Both the position numbers and the translations under genes were made by a program. Shown one piece after another: positions 35,525 to 43,709 of a DNA stretch of 64,000 nucleotides. The DNA lies in NCBI GenBank assembly GCA_001916005.1, contig MNRP01000037.1:1631-65630 (forward strand), written 5' to 3'. The DNA comes from Clostridium sp. 26_22. Its GTDB lineage: Bacteria; Bacillota; Clostridia; TANB77; CAG-508. Every line of letters begins with the position of its first letter. The first letter of the stretch is position 1. The notes beneath the pieces are model-generated. The model did not search any database. It had not been told where the DNA came from and was given only the letters and a program-made list of their open reading frames with translations.

Positions 35525-36075
35525 TTTTTATCATCTCCATTATTCTTTAAAATCTTAGCTAAAACTAGGTTTAAATGAATTAATATCTCAAATAAAATTT
35601 GTTCAAAATTCTTAGACGTAAAATATCCATTATTTTTAAAAGCTTTTTCATAAACATCTGTAATAGGTATTACTTTTTTTATATTAGATGATTTAATATC
35701 AACTTTTTTAGGAGATTTATTGTTAATATCTTTTGAATACCATATAATATCTTCTTGAGAAAGACTTTTAAATTCTCGTTCTTTTTTGTCTATATTTACA
35801 ACAATAAGATCTCCTAGTATTCTTTTAAGTGGTAAAAATATATTAGGAAACATATTTGAATTTGATTTTTTGCTATGACATATAATAAAAATTTTTTCGT
35901 AAGGAATAATATCTAAACTTCTTTCAATAATTGCTTTCTTCAATTTGTAAACATCACTAATAATTTTAACCTCTGAAGGCTGACCTACTTTTTTATATAA
36001 AACTCTAATAGGATTTTTACTTACATCATTAGTTTTAGAAGATAACAGATGTTTATTTTTAATTCTTTTTATCAT
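35521..36075 (-). CDS. hypothetical protein, DUF3846-like (IME core)
   Basis: Homolog of 25536-26114. Its stop overlaps the next start (ATGA). Confidence 0.5.
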   Translation of the reverse strand: MIKRIKNKHLLSSKTNDVSKNPIRVLYKKVGQPSEVKIISDVYKLKKAIIERSLDIIPYEKIFIICHSKKSNSNMFPNIFLPLKRILGDLIVVNIDKKEREFKSLSQEDIIWYSKDINNKSPKKVDIKSSNIKKVIPITDVYEKAFKNNGYFTSKNFEQILFEILIHLNLVLAKILKNNGDDKK

Positions 36076-36472
36076 TTTTTGAACCTTTCTTTAATTTTTC
36101 AGATTTATATAAAATTTCTAGGTTATGCTTAAAATGATTTATTGCTTTACTTCTTAATGAGATTACTTCATTTTTTCCTAATTTTAATTTTTTACAAATA
36201 TCATTTAATCTGCAATTTTCAATATAAGATAGGTATAGTACTTTTCTTTCAAGTAATGGAACTATTTTCATTGCTAGATAATAAGTTTCATTAGTAAAAA
36301 TATTTTCTAAATGATTAATGTTTACATCTGCATTATCTATATCTTGCATAGACTTTTGATAATAATTATTTTCAATTATTTTAATAACTTTCTCATTATC
36401 AATTATTGTTTCAATAATTGATTGAAAAGTTTTTTTGTTTTTTGATAGATTTAATATTTTTTCATTTTTCAT
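36059..36472 (-). CDS. small sigma-70 region-4-like HTH protein
   Basis: LLERKVLYLSYIENCRLNDICKKLKLGKNEVISLRSKAINHFK. Homolog of 26455-26811. Confidence 0.55.
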   Translation of the reverse strand: MKNEKILNLSKNKKTFQSIIETIIDNEKVIKIIENNYYQKSMQDIDNADVNINHLENIFTNETYYLAMKIVPLLERKVLYLSYIENCRLNDICKKLKLGKNEVISLRSKAINHFKHNLEILYKSEKLKKGSKNDKKN

Positions 36473-36744
36473 TTTTTTAAACCTCTTTTCAAAAAAGATT
36501 AGATTTCTAGAAATCGTGTAATTGTTCGAACTGGTTATATAATATAGTGGGAATGAGATAAATTGTATTTTTGTAAAGAAATTAAATAAAAAGTATAAAG
36601 ATGTAATAGTTTGTAAGAAAATTATAAAAAGAAAAAGCTATATAAATAGCTCTAATAGTGACGTTAAAAGATTTGTTCACAGAATTTACGTGAATAAAAA
36701 ATAACACTTAAAATAGATTATACTTTAAGTGTTATTTTTTATTT

Positions 36745-37473
36745 TTATTCATTTTCAAAAGCATATGTATCTGTTATATCAAGATATAAAATATTATGCT
36801 TATTTAGAGTTTCTTTTTCAACATCTGAAACTTTTAGTTTTTCTAATAATTCGTCTGTAAAGTCTACATCATCTTTAGAGAGAATACATTTTCTAATACT
36901 AGGAATATATTCACCATTGGTGCAATGAAAAGTTCCTAACATTAGCTTATTTGTTCCTCTAGCTATATTTACTATGATATGTGAAAGCTCAAAACGTAAA
37001 TTGTTTTCCTTATAATTTTCAAAGACAAATACTGAAATGTGTTGGTCAGCTTGTAAATATCCCGATAGGTAAATATAATCTTCTTTATAGTCCATAAAAT
37101 CCACTTTGCATAAATCTGGCTTTTGAATGATTTTTAATCGAAATTTACCTTTTCCATATTTTTTTGATTTTGGATAATATGCAATGTAATATAAATAAAG
37201 TATATCTGCATTAAAAGGGTTTCTTTCAGTTTCAATATTATTTATCTTTTTAGCACTATTAAATAGTTCATATTCATAAATACCTAATTCATTGCAAATT
37301 AAATATATTTGTTCTGCATTAGGTATAATTTCGCCAGTTTCATATCTAGCAATAGTTGCAGGTGTTTTATTTAGTAACATTGCTAGATTTTCTTGACTTA
37401 AACCTTTAGCTTTTCTAAACTTCCTTATATTGTTTCCAAACTCTTTTTTATTAAAGTTAGACATATTATTCAC
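36745..37473 (-). CDS. XRE-family regulator with C-terminal domain (IME-2)
   Basis: The HTH is FGNNIRKFRKAKGLSQENLAMLLNKTPATIARYETGEIIPNAEQIYLICNEL. It is clearly more diverged from its IME-1 counterpart than int or mob are. Confidence 0.8.
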   Translation of the reverse strand: MNNMSNFNKKEFGNNIRKFRKAKGLSQENLAMLLNKTPATIARYETGEIIPNAEQIYLICNELGIYEYELFNSAKKINNIETERNPFNADILYLYYIAYYPKSKKYGKGKFRLKIIQKPDLCKVDFMDYKEDYIYLSGYLQADQHISVFVFENYKENNLRFELSHIIVNIARGTNKLMLGTFHCTNGEYIPSIRKCILSKDDVDFTDELLEKLKVSDVEKETLNKHNILYLDITDTYAFENE

Positions 37474-37489
37474 CTACTTTACATAACAA

Positions 37490-37518
37490 AATTATAACAT
37501 ATTATTACTATATAATCA
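37490..37518 (-). promoter_or_regulatory. leftward promoter of IME-2
   Basis: On the minus strand: TTGATT, a 17-nt spacer, then TATAAT. It sits at the same position relative to the XRE start as in IME-1. Confidence 0.55.
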
Positions 37519-37545
37519 ATATAACTGTTGTAGACACCAGTAAAA

Positions 37546-37574
37546 TTGCCATTTTTAACAAAATATAGTATAAT
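37546..37574 (+). promoter_or_regulatory. rightward promoter P1 of IME-2
   Basis: TTGCCA, a 17-nt spacer, then TATAAT. Confidence 0.55.
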
Positions 37575-37580
37575 AAAAAT

Positions 37581-37845
37581 ACTATATAGTAGAAAAGATG
37601 GCTTTGAGCTATTTATCAAGTTGTAATACTTGATTCGATTATGATAATTGTTTCAAGTATTGCAACTACTTGGACTTTAGGATACAACATTTGTTATCCT
37701 CTTTTATCATAATCGTTTTTAACTTATAGAATATCTATTGGGGAAGGAGAACAACAAATGGGAAGTCAAGAATTTTGTATTGACGGTGGAAGTCCAGGAG
37801 CCTCGAACCGTCTATCTGAAAGAGGAGGGTAAGATTTTCCCTCCT
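37581..37845 (+). ncRNA. candidate structured RNA-1 of the IME-2 switch region
   Basis: The hairpin CAAGT[ATTGCAACT]ACTTG spans 37654-37672. GGAGAACAACAAATGG lies at 37746-37761. The GACGGT/ACCGTC helix encloses GGAAGTCCAGG. The GGAGGG/CCCTCC hairpin spans 37824-37844. Confidence 0.5.
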
Positions 37846-37858
37846 AACATCTTATATA

Positions 37859-37887
37859 TTGCAAATACTATAAATATTTAGTATAAT
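37859..37887 (+). promoter_or_regulatory. internal promoter-like site P2 of IME-2
   Basis: TTGCAA, a 17-nt spacer, then TATAAT. Confidence 0.5.
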
Positions 37888-37893
37888 TAAGTT

Positions 37894-37978
37894 AGTTAAT
37901 CTAAATTAGTTGCAATAGTTTTGGATTAATTATATAACGCAGGGGGCTTTTCCATTTGTTGTTCTCCTGTGTTTTTTA
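37894..37978 (+). ncRNA. candidate about 85-nt two-hairpin sRNA (RNA-2) or 3' domain of the P1 transcript (IME-2)
   Basis: SL1 carries the loop AGTTGCAAT (37908-37916). SL2 is AACGCAGG/CCTGTGTT followed by a T6 run, and its loop carries CCATTTGTTGTTCTCC (37952-37967). Confidence 0.5.
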
Positions 37979-38066
37979 ATTTCGTTAAACGTAATATTTG
38001 GTGATTTTACTTTACAAATAGTTATAACTTATAGCTACTTATAAAAAAAGTATCTAAAAAAGGTAC

Positions 38067-38112
38067 AAAACTTGCATAATATGCAAATTTCATTGCTTAT
38101 TATGTAAGTTTT
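38067..38112 (+). terminator. long hairpin plus T tract upstream of the Spo0A_C-like gene (IME-2)
   Basis: AAAACTTGCATAATATGCAA / TTGCTTATTATGTAAGTTTT span 20 positions with one mismatch and one GU. ATTTTTTT follows. Confidence 0.6.
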
Positions 38113-38190
38113 ATTTTTTTGAATTTTTTACATAAAGTTGCTATATTTTTATTATAAAATAATATTTCATAATGGTTGGGGGACGTTTAA

Positions 38191-38601
38191 TTGTTAAATG
38201 ATTATTTAAAAACAAATAATTTAATAAATTCTAAAAACTTAATTCTAATTTATAATATATTAAGAGATTTAGGTTTAAATACAACACTTAAAGGAACAAA
38301 GCTTTTAAATAAATCAATTCAAATTGTTATAAATAGTGAGGTTGAATTTATAGTTTTAGAAAATGTTTATAATAAACTCGCATTAAAATGTGTAGGCTTT
38401 AATTCAGCTCAAATTAGAAATTCGATTAAATATGCAATAGATACTCGAAATGAAGAAAAATCTAAAGTAAATTTTGAAAATATATTTGGATATCAATATG
38501 ATAGTTATTATTTTACTAATAAAACGCTTATAGAAGAAATTACAAGAGTTGTAAAATATAAAAATAGCATAATTATGCACTATTCAAAAATTTGTAGGTA
38601 A
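38191..38601 (+). CDS. Spo0A C-terminal domain-only protein, TTG start (IME-2)
   Basis: ILRDLGLNTTLKGTKLLNKSIQIV...VYNKLALKCVGFNSAQIRNSIKYAIDTRN...FTNKTLIEEITRVV is collinear with the Spo0A effector domain. Confidence 0.6.
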   Translation: MLNDYLKTNNLINSKNLILIYNILRDLGLNTTLKGTKLLNKSIQIVINSEVEFIVLENVYNKLALKCVGFNSAQIRNSIKYAIDTRNEEKSKVNFENIFGYQYDSYYFTNKTLIEEITRVVKYKNSIIMHYSKICR

Positions 38602-38826
38602 AAACGAGAAAACTAATAAAAATTCATATGTAAATATATTAGTGAGATAAAATTGTCAGTAAAAATTCATAAGTTAGTTTTTATTAAAATATTGACATTA
38701 TCTGTAAAAATATGTAAAATATTAGTATACTTCTCTATAGAAGTAGTTTTTCTATATTATGGAGGACACTCTCTATAATAACGATGAGGAATTGGCATTT
38801 GTAAACTGGCAGAAAGGATGTAATTT

Positions 38827-39249
38827 ATGAGTAGAAATATTATTAGGCGGGCATTGGCTTGTTTTTTAGCAGTAATTATGATTGCTGGAACTACAATGAC
38901 AACTTTTGCTTCAGAAAAAGTAGAAACTGTTACACCAAAACAGACAACTGAAATGACTGCAAGAGGATATGGAAGTGCGGAATTTCCTTCCCAAAAGTCT
39001 GTACTCATTTCTGGTTCTGTTACTAAAGTTGCATATACAGCTGTATGTACAGGAAAAACTGGTGTCGTGATTTTACGTTTTAGAAATAGGACCACAGGAG
39101 AAAAACGAGACCATACATTCATTTGTAACAATGTATACCATAACAGTTCGAGTTTAGGTATCAACCCTTTTTCAGAAGGCTGGTGGGATATCGAGTATGT
39201 TATGAGTACTTGTGACAATTTTGTAACAATTTTTATGAATTTTAGCTAA
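38827..39249 (+). CDS. small secreted protein of unknown function (G+C-richer cargo of IME-2)
   Basis: The signal peptide is MSRNIIRRALACFLAVIMIAGTTMTTFASE and the mature part is about 110 aa with 3 Cys. A promoter-like TTGACA-17-TAAAAT lies at 38692-38720. Confidence 0.55.
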   Translation: MSRNIIRRALACFLAVIMIAGTTMTTFASEKVETVTPKQTTEMTARGYGSAEFPSQKSVLISGSVTKVAYTAVCTGKTGVVILRFRNRTTGEKRDHTFICNNVYHNSSSLGINPFSEGWWDIEYVMSTCDNFVTIFMNFS

Positions 39250-39376
39250 TAAAATCGTTTTAACAAATTTGTAACTTTTTAATGTAATGTCATAGCTAAT
39301 TGCAAATGTCAATTCTATCTAAAGTGGAGGTATTACGTCCACTTTAGCATCTATATATAAAAGGAGGATTGATACT

Positions 39377-39994
39377 ATGAAAAAGAAAATTTATATCATA
39401 GTCGCAGCTATAATAGTTATTATTTCAATTTTACTAATTGGTATGATATTTAATGTTATTAGAAACAATTCTATTATGCAAAAAACTTACGAAAGTAGTA
39501 AAAAACTTAATAATTCTATAAAAAATTATTATTATGAAAAAAAATCTGAATTATCTGAAGGAGAAACTAGAACAACTGAATATAAAATATATAATTATGA
39601 AAATAAATATTTAATAAAAGAGTATTATAATGAAGATGGTATTATTACAACAGAATGGGTGGATAAAAATATACCTGAATATCTATCTATTAACGAGAAA
39701 ACAAAAGAAGAAGCTCAAGAAATAAAAATGAAAGAATTTGACAAAGAATATGAAGAAGCTTTATTTTTTAAAACTTTAGATACTATAGGATATGGAAAGA
39801 TACTAGCAAACAATATATTAAAGCCTATAAAAATAGAAAACAATTGTTATGTTATTGATTATGAAGATACAACATTTTATGTTAATACTAATACAGGAAT
39901 TATATCAAAAGTTTTCTATGCAAATAATAATGTGTTATGTACATATAAATTAAAAAATAATTCTGTTATTGAAGATGAAGTTATAAAGCCATAA
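39377..39994 (+). CDS. membrane-anchored protein of unknown function
   Basis: AAGGAGG RBS. It has a single N-terminal TM helix and a K/E/N/Y-rich ectodomain. Confidence 0.5.
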   Translation: MKKKIYIIVAAIIVIISILLIGMIFNVIRNNSIMQKTYESSKKLNNSIKNYYYEKKSELSEGETRTTEYKIYNYENKYLIKEYYNEDGIITTEWVDKNIPEYLSINEKTKEEAQEIKMKEFDKEYEEALFFKTLDTIGYGKILANNILKPIKIENNCYVIDYEDTTFYVNTNTGIISKVFYANNNVLCTYKLKNNSVIEDEVIKP

Positions 39995-40024
39995 TAAAAG
40001 AACGAGCATTTTAAGCTCGTTTCT

Positions 40025-40978
40025 TTACTTTTCAAAATATTCAACAAAATTATTTACTAAACGTTTAAATCTACCAATGGGAAAGTTAAATAGATTTTTA
40101 ACAACTTCAAAAGTTCTTTCAATATAATTTTTTAACTTTAAATTTTCTCTTTTTAATTCTTCATTTTCATTTTTTAAGTAAGTATTTTCATTTCGTAAGT
40201 TTTCAATATTTTCAATAGCAGTATAAGACTTTGCTAATTGTATTTTTAATTTATTTGCATAGCTAATTAATTCATTATTTTGTTGAATTAATAAAGAGGT
40301 ATTTTTAGTTTCTATAGGTTGTATTTGTTCTTGCTCTAATTCATATTTTATATTATCATAGTTTGTTAGTTGCTTTAATTTTTCAGTACTTAAATGTTCA
40401 ATGTTTCTTGTTTTTCCTCTTTCTAAATTGAATTCATTATTTTTTATATATTGATAGAAACTATCTTGTAATTCTTGATAACTATTTTTTCCTTTCCAAT
40501 ATTCGCTACAGGCAATTTTATTTAGTTTATTTCCACTTTTCTTATCTAATTTTTGGACAACAGGTACAAATACTAAATGTAAGTGAGGAGTGCTTTCGTC
40601 CATATGAACTTTAGCAGATAATATGTATTTTTCTCCTAAATTCTTATAATTTGCAACAAAGTTATAAGCAGTTTGAAAGTATCTTTTTGTTTCATGTTCT
40701 CCGATTGAGTCAAAAAATTCTTTATCAGATGTAATAATAAATTCACATACAAGATTAGTATAACTTGTAATTCTACATTTTAAATCATTTTCAGCTATTA
40801 ATTGTTTAATAGCTTTTGAATAGGTAGTATTACATTGTTTAATTGAATAATTATTAATAGAATTGTTTTTATTAATATCTTTGTTAGAGTAATTAGTATT
40901 TTTTCTTTCGTTATGTTTATATAATCCAGGTAAATTTTCTCTTTTATAATTGGCATTTCTAATTATTGCATAACTCAT
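40025..40978 (-). CDS. mob: MobV-family relaxase (IME-2)
   Basis: It has the same motifs as 31969-32922 (MSYAIIRNANYKR, HMDESTPHLHLVFVPV). Confidence 0.85.
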   Translation of the reverse strand: MSYAIIRNANYKRENLPGLYKHNERKNTNYSNKDINKNNSINNYSIKQCNTTYSKAIKQLIAENDLKCRITSYTNLVCEFIITSDKEFFDSIGEHETKRYFQTAYNFVANYKNLGEKYILSAKVHMDESTPHLHLVFVPVVQKLDKKSGNKLNKIACSEYWKGKNSYQELQDSFYQYIKNNEFNLERGKTRNIEHLSTEKLKQLTNYDNIKYELEQEQIQPIETKNTSLLIQQNNELISYANKLKIQLAKSYTAIENIENLRNENTYLKNENEELKRENLKLKNYIERTFEVVKNLFNFPIGRFKRLVNNFVEYFEK

Positions 40979-41064
40979 TTTTATATATCCTTTTTTACTA
41001 GATAGCCTTCGAAGGCTTACAAAAATAAATACCTCCTTTGAATTTCTTAATAGAAAACTTTTAC

Positions 41065-41130
41065 GAAGTTCTAACACACTAGAACTTCACGGAAGTTCTG
41101 TGTGATTAAGGACAACATAGTTTTCCTTAA
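41065..41130. other. oriT-like overlapping inverted repeats of IME-2
   Basis: GAAGTTCTA (41065), TAGAACTTC (41080), GAAGTTCT (41092), GTGTG and TTAAGGA...TCCTTAA. It is nearly identical to the IME-1 copy. Confidence 0.55.
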
Positions 41131-41143
41131 TAAACCTTTTATT

Positions 41144-41361
41144 GCACGATTGAATATTATATTTATTAAAATAATTTAATAAATACCATAAAATAATAAT
41201 TAATTATTTTATTTAATATTCTAATCGTGTTATAAAAACCTGACCCACTTTAGCATCAAAGATTACTAGTGGGTACCCCATAACCTTTTTGCTTGCACAA
41301 AAAAATATTCGCTGTATGCTCATATTTTTATAAATAGATTTTGCATATAGCAAAATCTATT
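41144..41361. other. structured non-coding block (IME-2 copy of 33087-33308)
   Basis: It has the same flanking IR, the ACCCACT/AGTGGGT hairpin, and AATAGATTTTGC/GCAAAATCTATT with a different loop (ATATA versus TAAAT). Confidence 0.3.
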
Positions 41362-41528
41362 ATCTAGCATTGGTTAAAGTAGTATTTTATTTCTATTCAT
41401 TTGTAGTAAGTTATATAATTTTATTTTATAAATTCAACTGGCAAAAATAAATATTATTAAAACAATAGATTTTAATAAACAAGAATGGTATAATAATATT
41501 GTATAAATATTTTATGGAGGTAATTAAT

Positions 41529-41771
41529 ATGTCTATAGAAAAGCAAAAATTATTTAATGAAATCGAAACATTACCAGATGAACTTACAAATCAAGTTATT
41601 GATTTTATTGAGTATTTAAAATTATCTTATGTAGATGCAGAAGCTCCAGAAAATGTAACAATAAAAAGCAAAAAAGATTTAAAAGAAAAGTTACAAAAAG
41701 GATTAGATGATGTAAGAGAGAACAAAGTATTTTCACTAGATGAAGCCTTTGCAAAAATAGATAATATGTAA
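41529..41771 (+). CDS. putative type II antitoxin
   Basis: GGAGG RBS, then ATG 41529. It is a small acidic protein (IETLPDELTNQVIDFIEYL...GLDDVRENKVFSLDEAF) directly upstream of a ParE/RelE-like gene. Confidence 0.55.
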   Translation: MSIEKQKLFNEIETLPDELTNQVIDFIEYLKLSYVDAEAPENVTIKSKKDLKEKLQKGLDDVRENKVFSLDEAFAKIDNM

Positions 41772-41790
41772 GAAAGCTAGGAGTGAATTT

Positions 41791-42114
41791 ATGAAAAGAT
41801 ATATAGTAGAAATTTCTAAAACTGCAGAGCAAGATTTAGAAGATATTATTTTATATTTACGACATAGCTTAGCAGGAGAAATTATTGCTGACAAGTATAA
41901 AATATTATTTAAACAAAAATTAAAAGAGTTAGAGAATATAGCAGGAAGTATGCCTATTTTAAGCGAGGAATTGACAGGTCATAAAGACATTAGAAAAATT
42001 AATGTTAGAAATTATATTGTATTCTATATAATCGATAAAATTAATTCCAAAGCTTTAGTTCTTAGAATAGGTCACGCTTTTATGGACTGGGAAAAATATT
42101 TAAGAGATGAATAA
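41791..42114 (+). CDS. ParE/RelE-family type II toxin
   Basis: YIVEISKTAEQDLEDIILYL...IRKINVRNYIVFYIID...LVLRIGHAFMD is the typical ParE/RelE pattern. Confidence 0.7.
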   Translation: MKRYIVEISKTAEQDLEDIILYLRHSLAGEIIADKYKILFKQKLKELENIAGSMPILSEELTGHKDIRKINVRNYIVFYIIDKINSKALVLRIGHAFMDWEKYLRDE

Positions 42115-42224
42115 TTTTATATAATTATTTTAAATTTTTAGTAATTTATTTTCATTTCTAATTTTCAAACAACTAACTCAACAGATATAAGCAAAAATCT
42201 TGGTAAAGGCTGAAGTAGTCTGCT

Positions 42225-42237
42225 CAGCCCAGCCAAC
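42225..42237 (+). repeat. att core copy 3 (attR of IME-2)
   Basis: CAGCCCAGCCAAC. Confidence 0.85.
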
Positions 42238-42241
42238 TCTT

Positions 42242-42278
42242 AGAGTATCAACGAATTATAACAGTTGATACTCTTTTT
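42242..42278 (+). terminator. probable native terminator of the tRNA-His/Gln unit, displaced 18.7 kb by the insertions
   Basis: AGAGTATCAAC / GTTGATACTCT form an 11-bp stem followed by TTTT, starting 5 nt after att core copy 3. Confidence 0.6.
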
Positions 42279-42343
42279 GCATAATAATAAGGCATCAGAT
42301 TTAATGAAGGAATAGTCTAATCTGGTAACATTAGAGGTGTGGA

Positions 42344-43000
42344 ATGAGTATAGAAGAAAATATATTTAAAAGAAGAAAAATTAATTCCGTTTGGATTTAC
42401 TAAGGAAGGCAATATATATAAATACTCTAAAAATTTTATAAATGATAGTTTTAAAGGTGAGATAGAAATATTGAATCTAAAATTAGATGAACAAGTAGAA
42501 AAGTATATAATCAAAAAAGAAATCTATCCATCATACCATTTAAGTAAAAAGAATTGGATAAGTATTATACTAGATAATACATTAACAGATAAAGAAATAA
42601 TCAAATTAGTAGAAATAAGTTATGAAAATTCAAATTTAAAAGGCAAATGGATAATTCCTGCAAATCCAAAATATTATGATATTATGAATGCTTTTAATAA
42701 TACTAATATAATTACATGGAAACAATCTAATACAATTATGAAAGGTGATATAATCTACTTGTATATTGCTGAACCATATTAATCAATAATGTTCAAATGT
42801 GAAGTTATAGAAACAGATATACCATATGAATATAATAATAAAAATTTATCTATAAAAAAATTATGAAAATAAAGTTAATAAAAAGATATAATCAAAATGT
42901 GTGGACATTTAAAAAACTTAAAGAATATGGTATTAAAGCGATAAGAAGCCCAAGAAGTATAACAAATAAATTAAGCGAAGCATTAAACAAAGAGGAGTAA
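42344..43000 (+). pseudogene. decayed MmcQ/YjbR-like plus EVE/PUA-like fusion gene (two homopolymer frameshifts plus one in-frame TAA)
   Basis: The ATG at 42344 follows AGAGGTG. The frame shifts in the A run near 42368. The frame-0 part contains SYHLSKKNWISIILD. There is an in-frame TAA at 42780-42782. A second shift occurs in the A7 run at 42854-42860. The last fragment ends at 43000. Confidence 0.55.
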
Positions 43001-43001
43001 T

Positions 43002-43694
43002 ATGTATAAAGAAATAAAAATAAAAAATAAAATTATAGATATTTATTATAACGAAAAACATAAAGAAAATATACCAGTTGTTATTTTAAATACATATGGA
43101 AATGAAGGAAAAGAAATTTTTGAAAGATGCAACAAGATACAAACAAAGGAATTTATACTAATAGCTATTTCAAATTTAGATTGGAATAATGATATGACAC
43201 CGTGGTTTGCTCCAAAGTTAAATAATAATGACAAAGACAGTTTAGGCAAAGCAGATGATTACTTAAAAACTTTAATAGAAAAAATTATTCCAGAAACTAA
43301 AAAATATATAGAGGATGAATTAAATGTAAAGATAAGTTACTATGCAATAGCAGGTTATTCTCTTGGAGGGCTATTTGCAATTTATTCTGTATATAAGACG
43401 AACTTATTTAGTCGAGTGGCATCTGCTTCTGGATCTTTTTGGTATCCTAATTTTATAGAATTTGCAAGCAAAAATACAATTTCCGAAAATATCGATAAAA
43501 TATATTTTTCACTTGGTAATAAAGAAAGTAAAGTTAGAAATGAAGTATTAGCTACAGTGGAACAAAATACTAAAAAACTTGAGCAAATATATAATTTACA
43601 AGGAATAAAAACAATTTACGAAGAAAATGATGGAAACCATTTTAAAGATGCAGTATTAAGAATGGCAAAGGGAATTAAATGGATTTTACAATAA
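43002..43694 (+). CDS. alpha/beta hydrolase (putative esterase family)
   Basis: It has the nucleophile elbow GYSLGG and a late GNHF His. Confidence 0.65.
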   Translation: MYKEIKIKNKIIDIYYNEKHKENIPVVILNTYGNEGKEIFERCNKIQTKEFILIAISNLDWNNDMTPWFAPKLNNNDKDSLGKADDYLKTLIEKIIPETKKYIEDELNVKISYYAIAGYSLGGLFAIYSVYKTNLFSRVASASGSFWYPNFIEFASKNTISENIDKIYFSLGNKESKVRNEVLATVEQNTKKLEQIYNLQGIKTIYEENDGNHFKDAVLRMAKGIKWILQ

Positions 43695-43709
43695 TATAGG
43701 AGAGAAATA

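Larger units (their letters stand above)
33460..42237. mobile_element. integrative mobilizable element IME-2 (tandem to IME-1)
   Basis: It is bounded by att core copies 2 and 3. The gene order is the same as in IME-1, with different cargo plus a ParE/RelE-type TA cassette. Confidence 0.8.
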
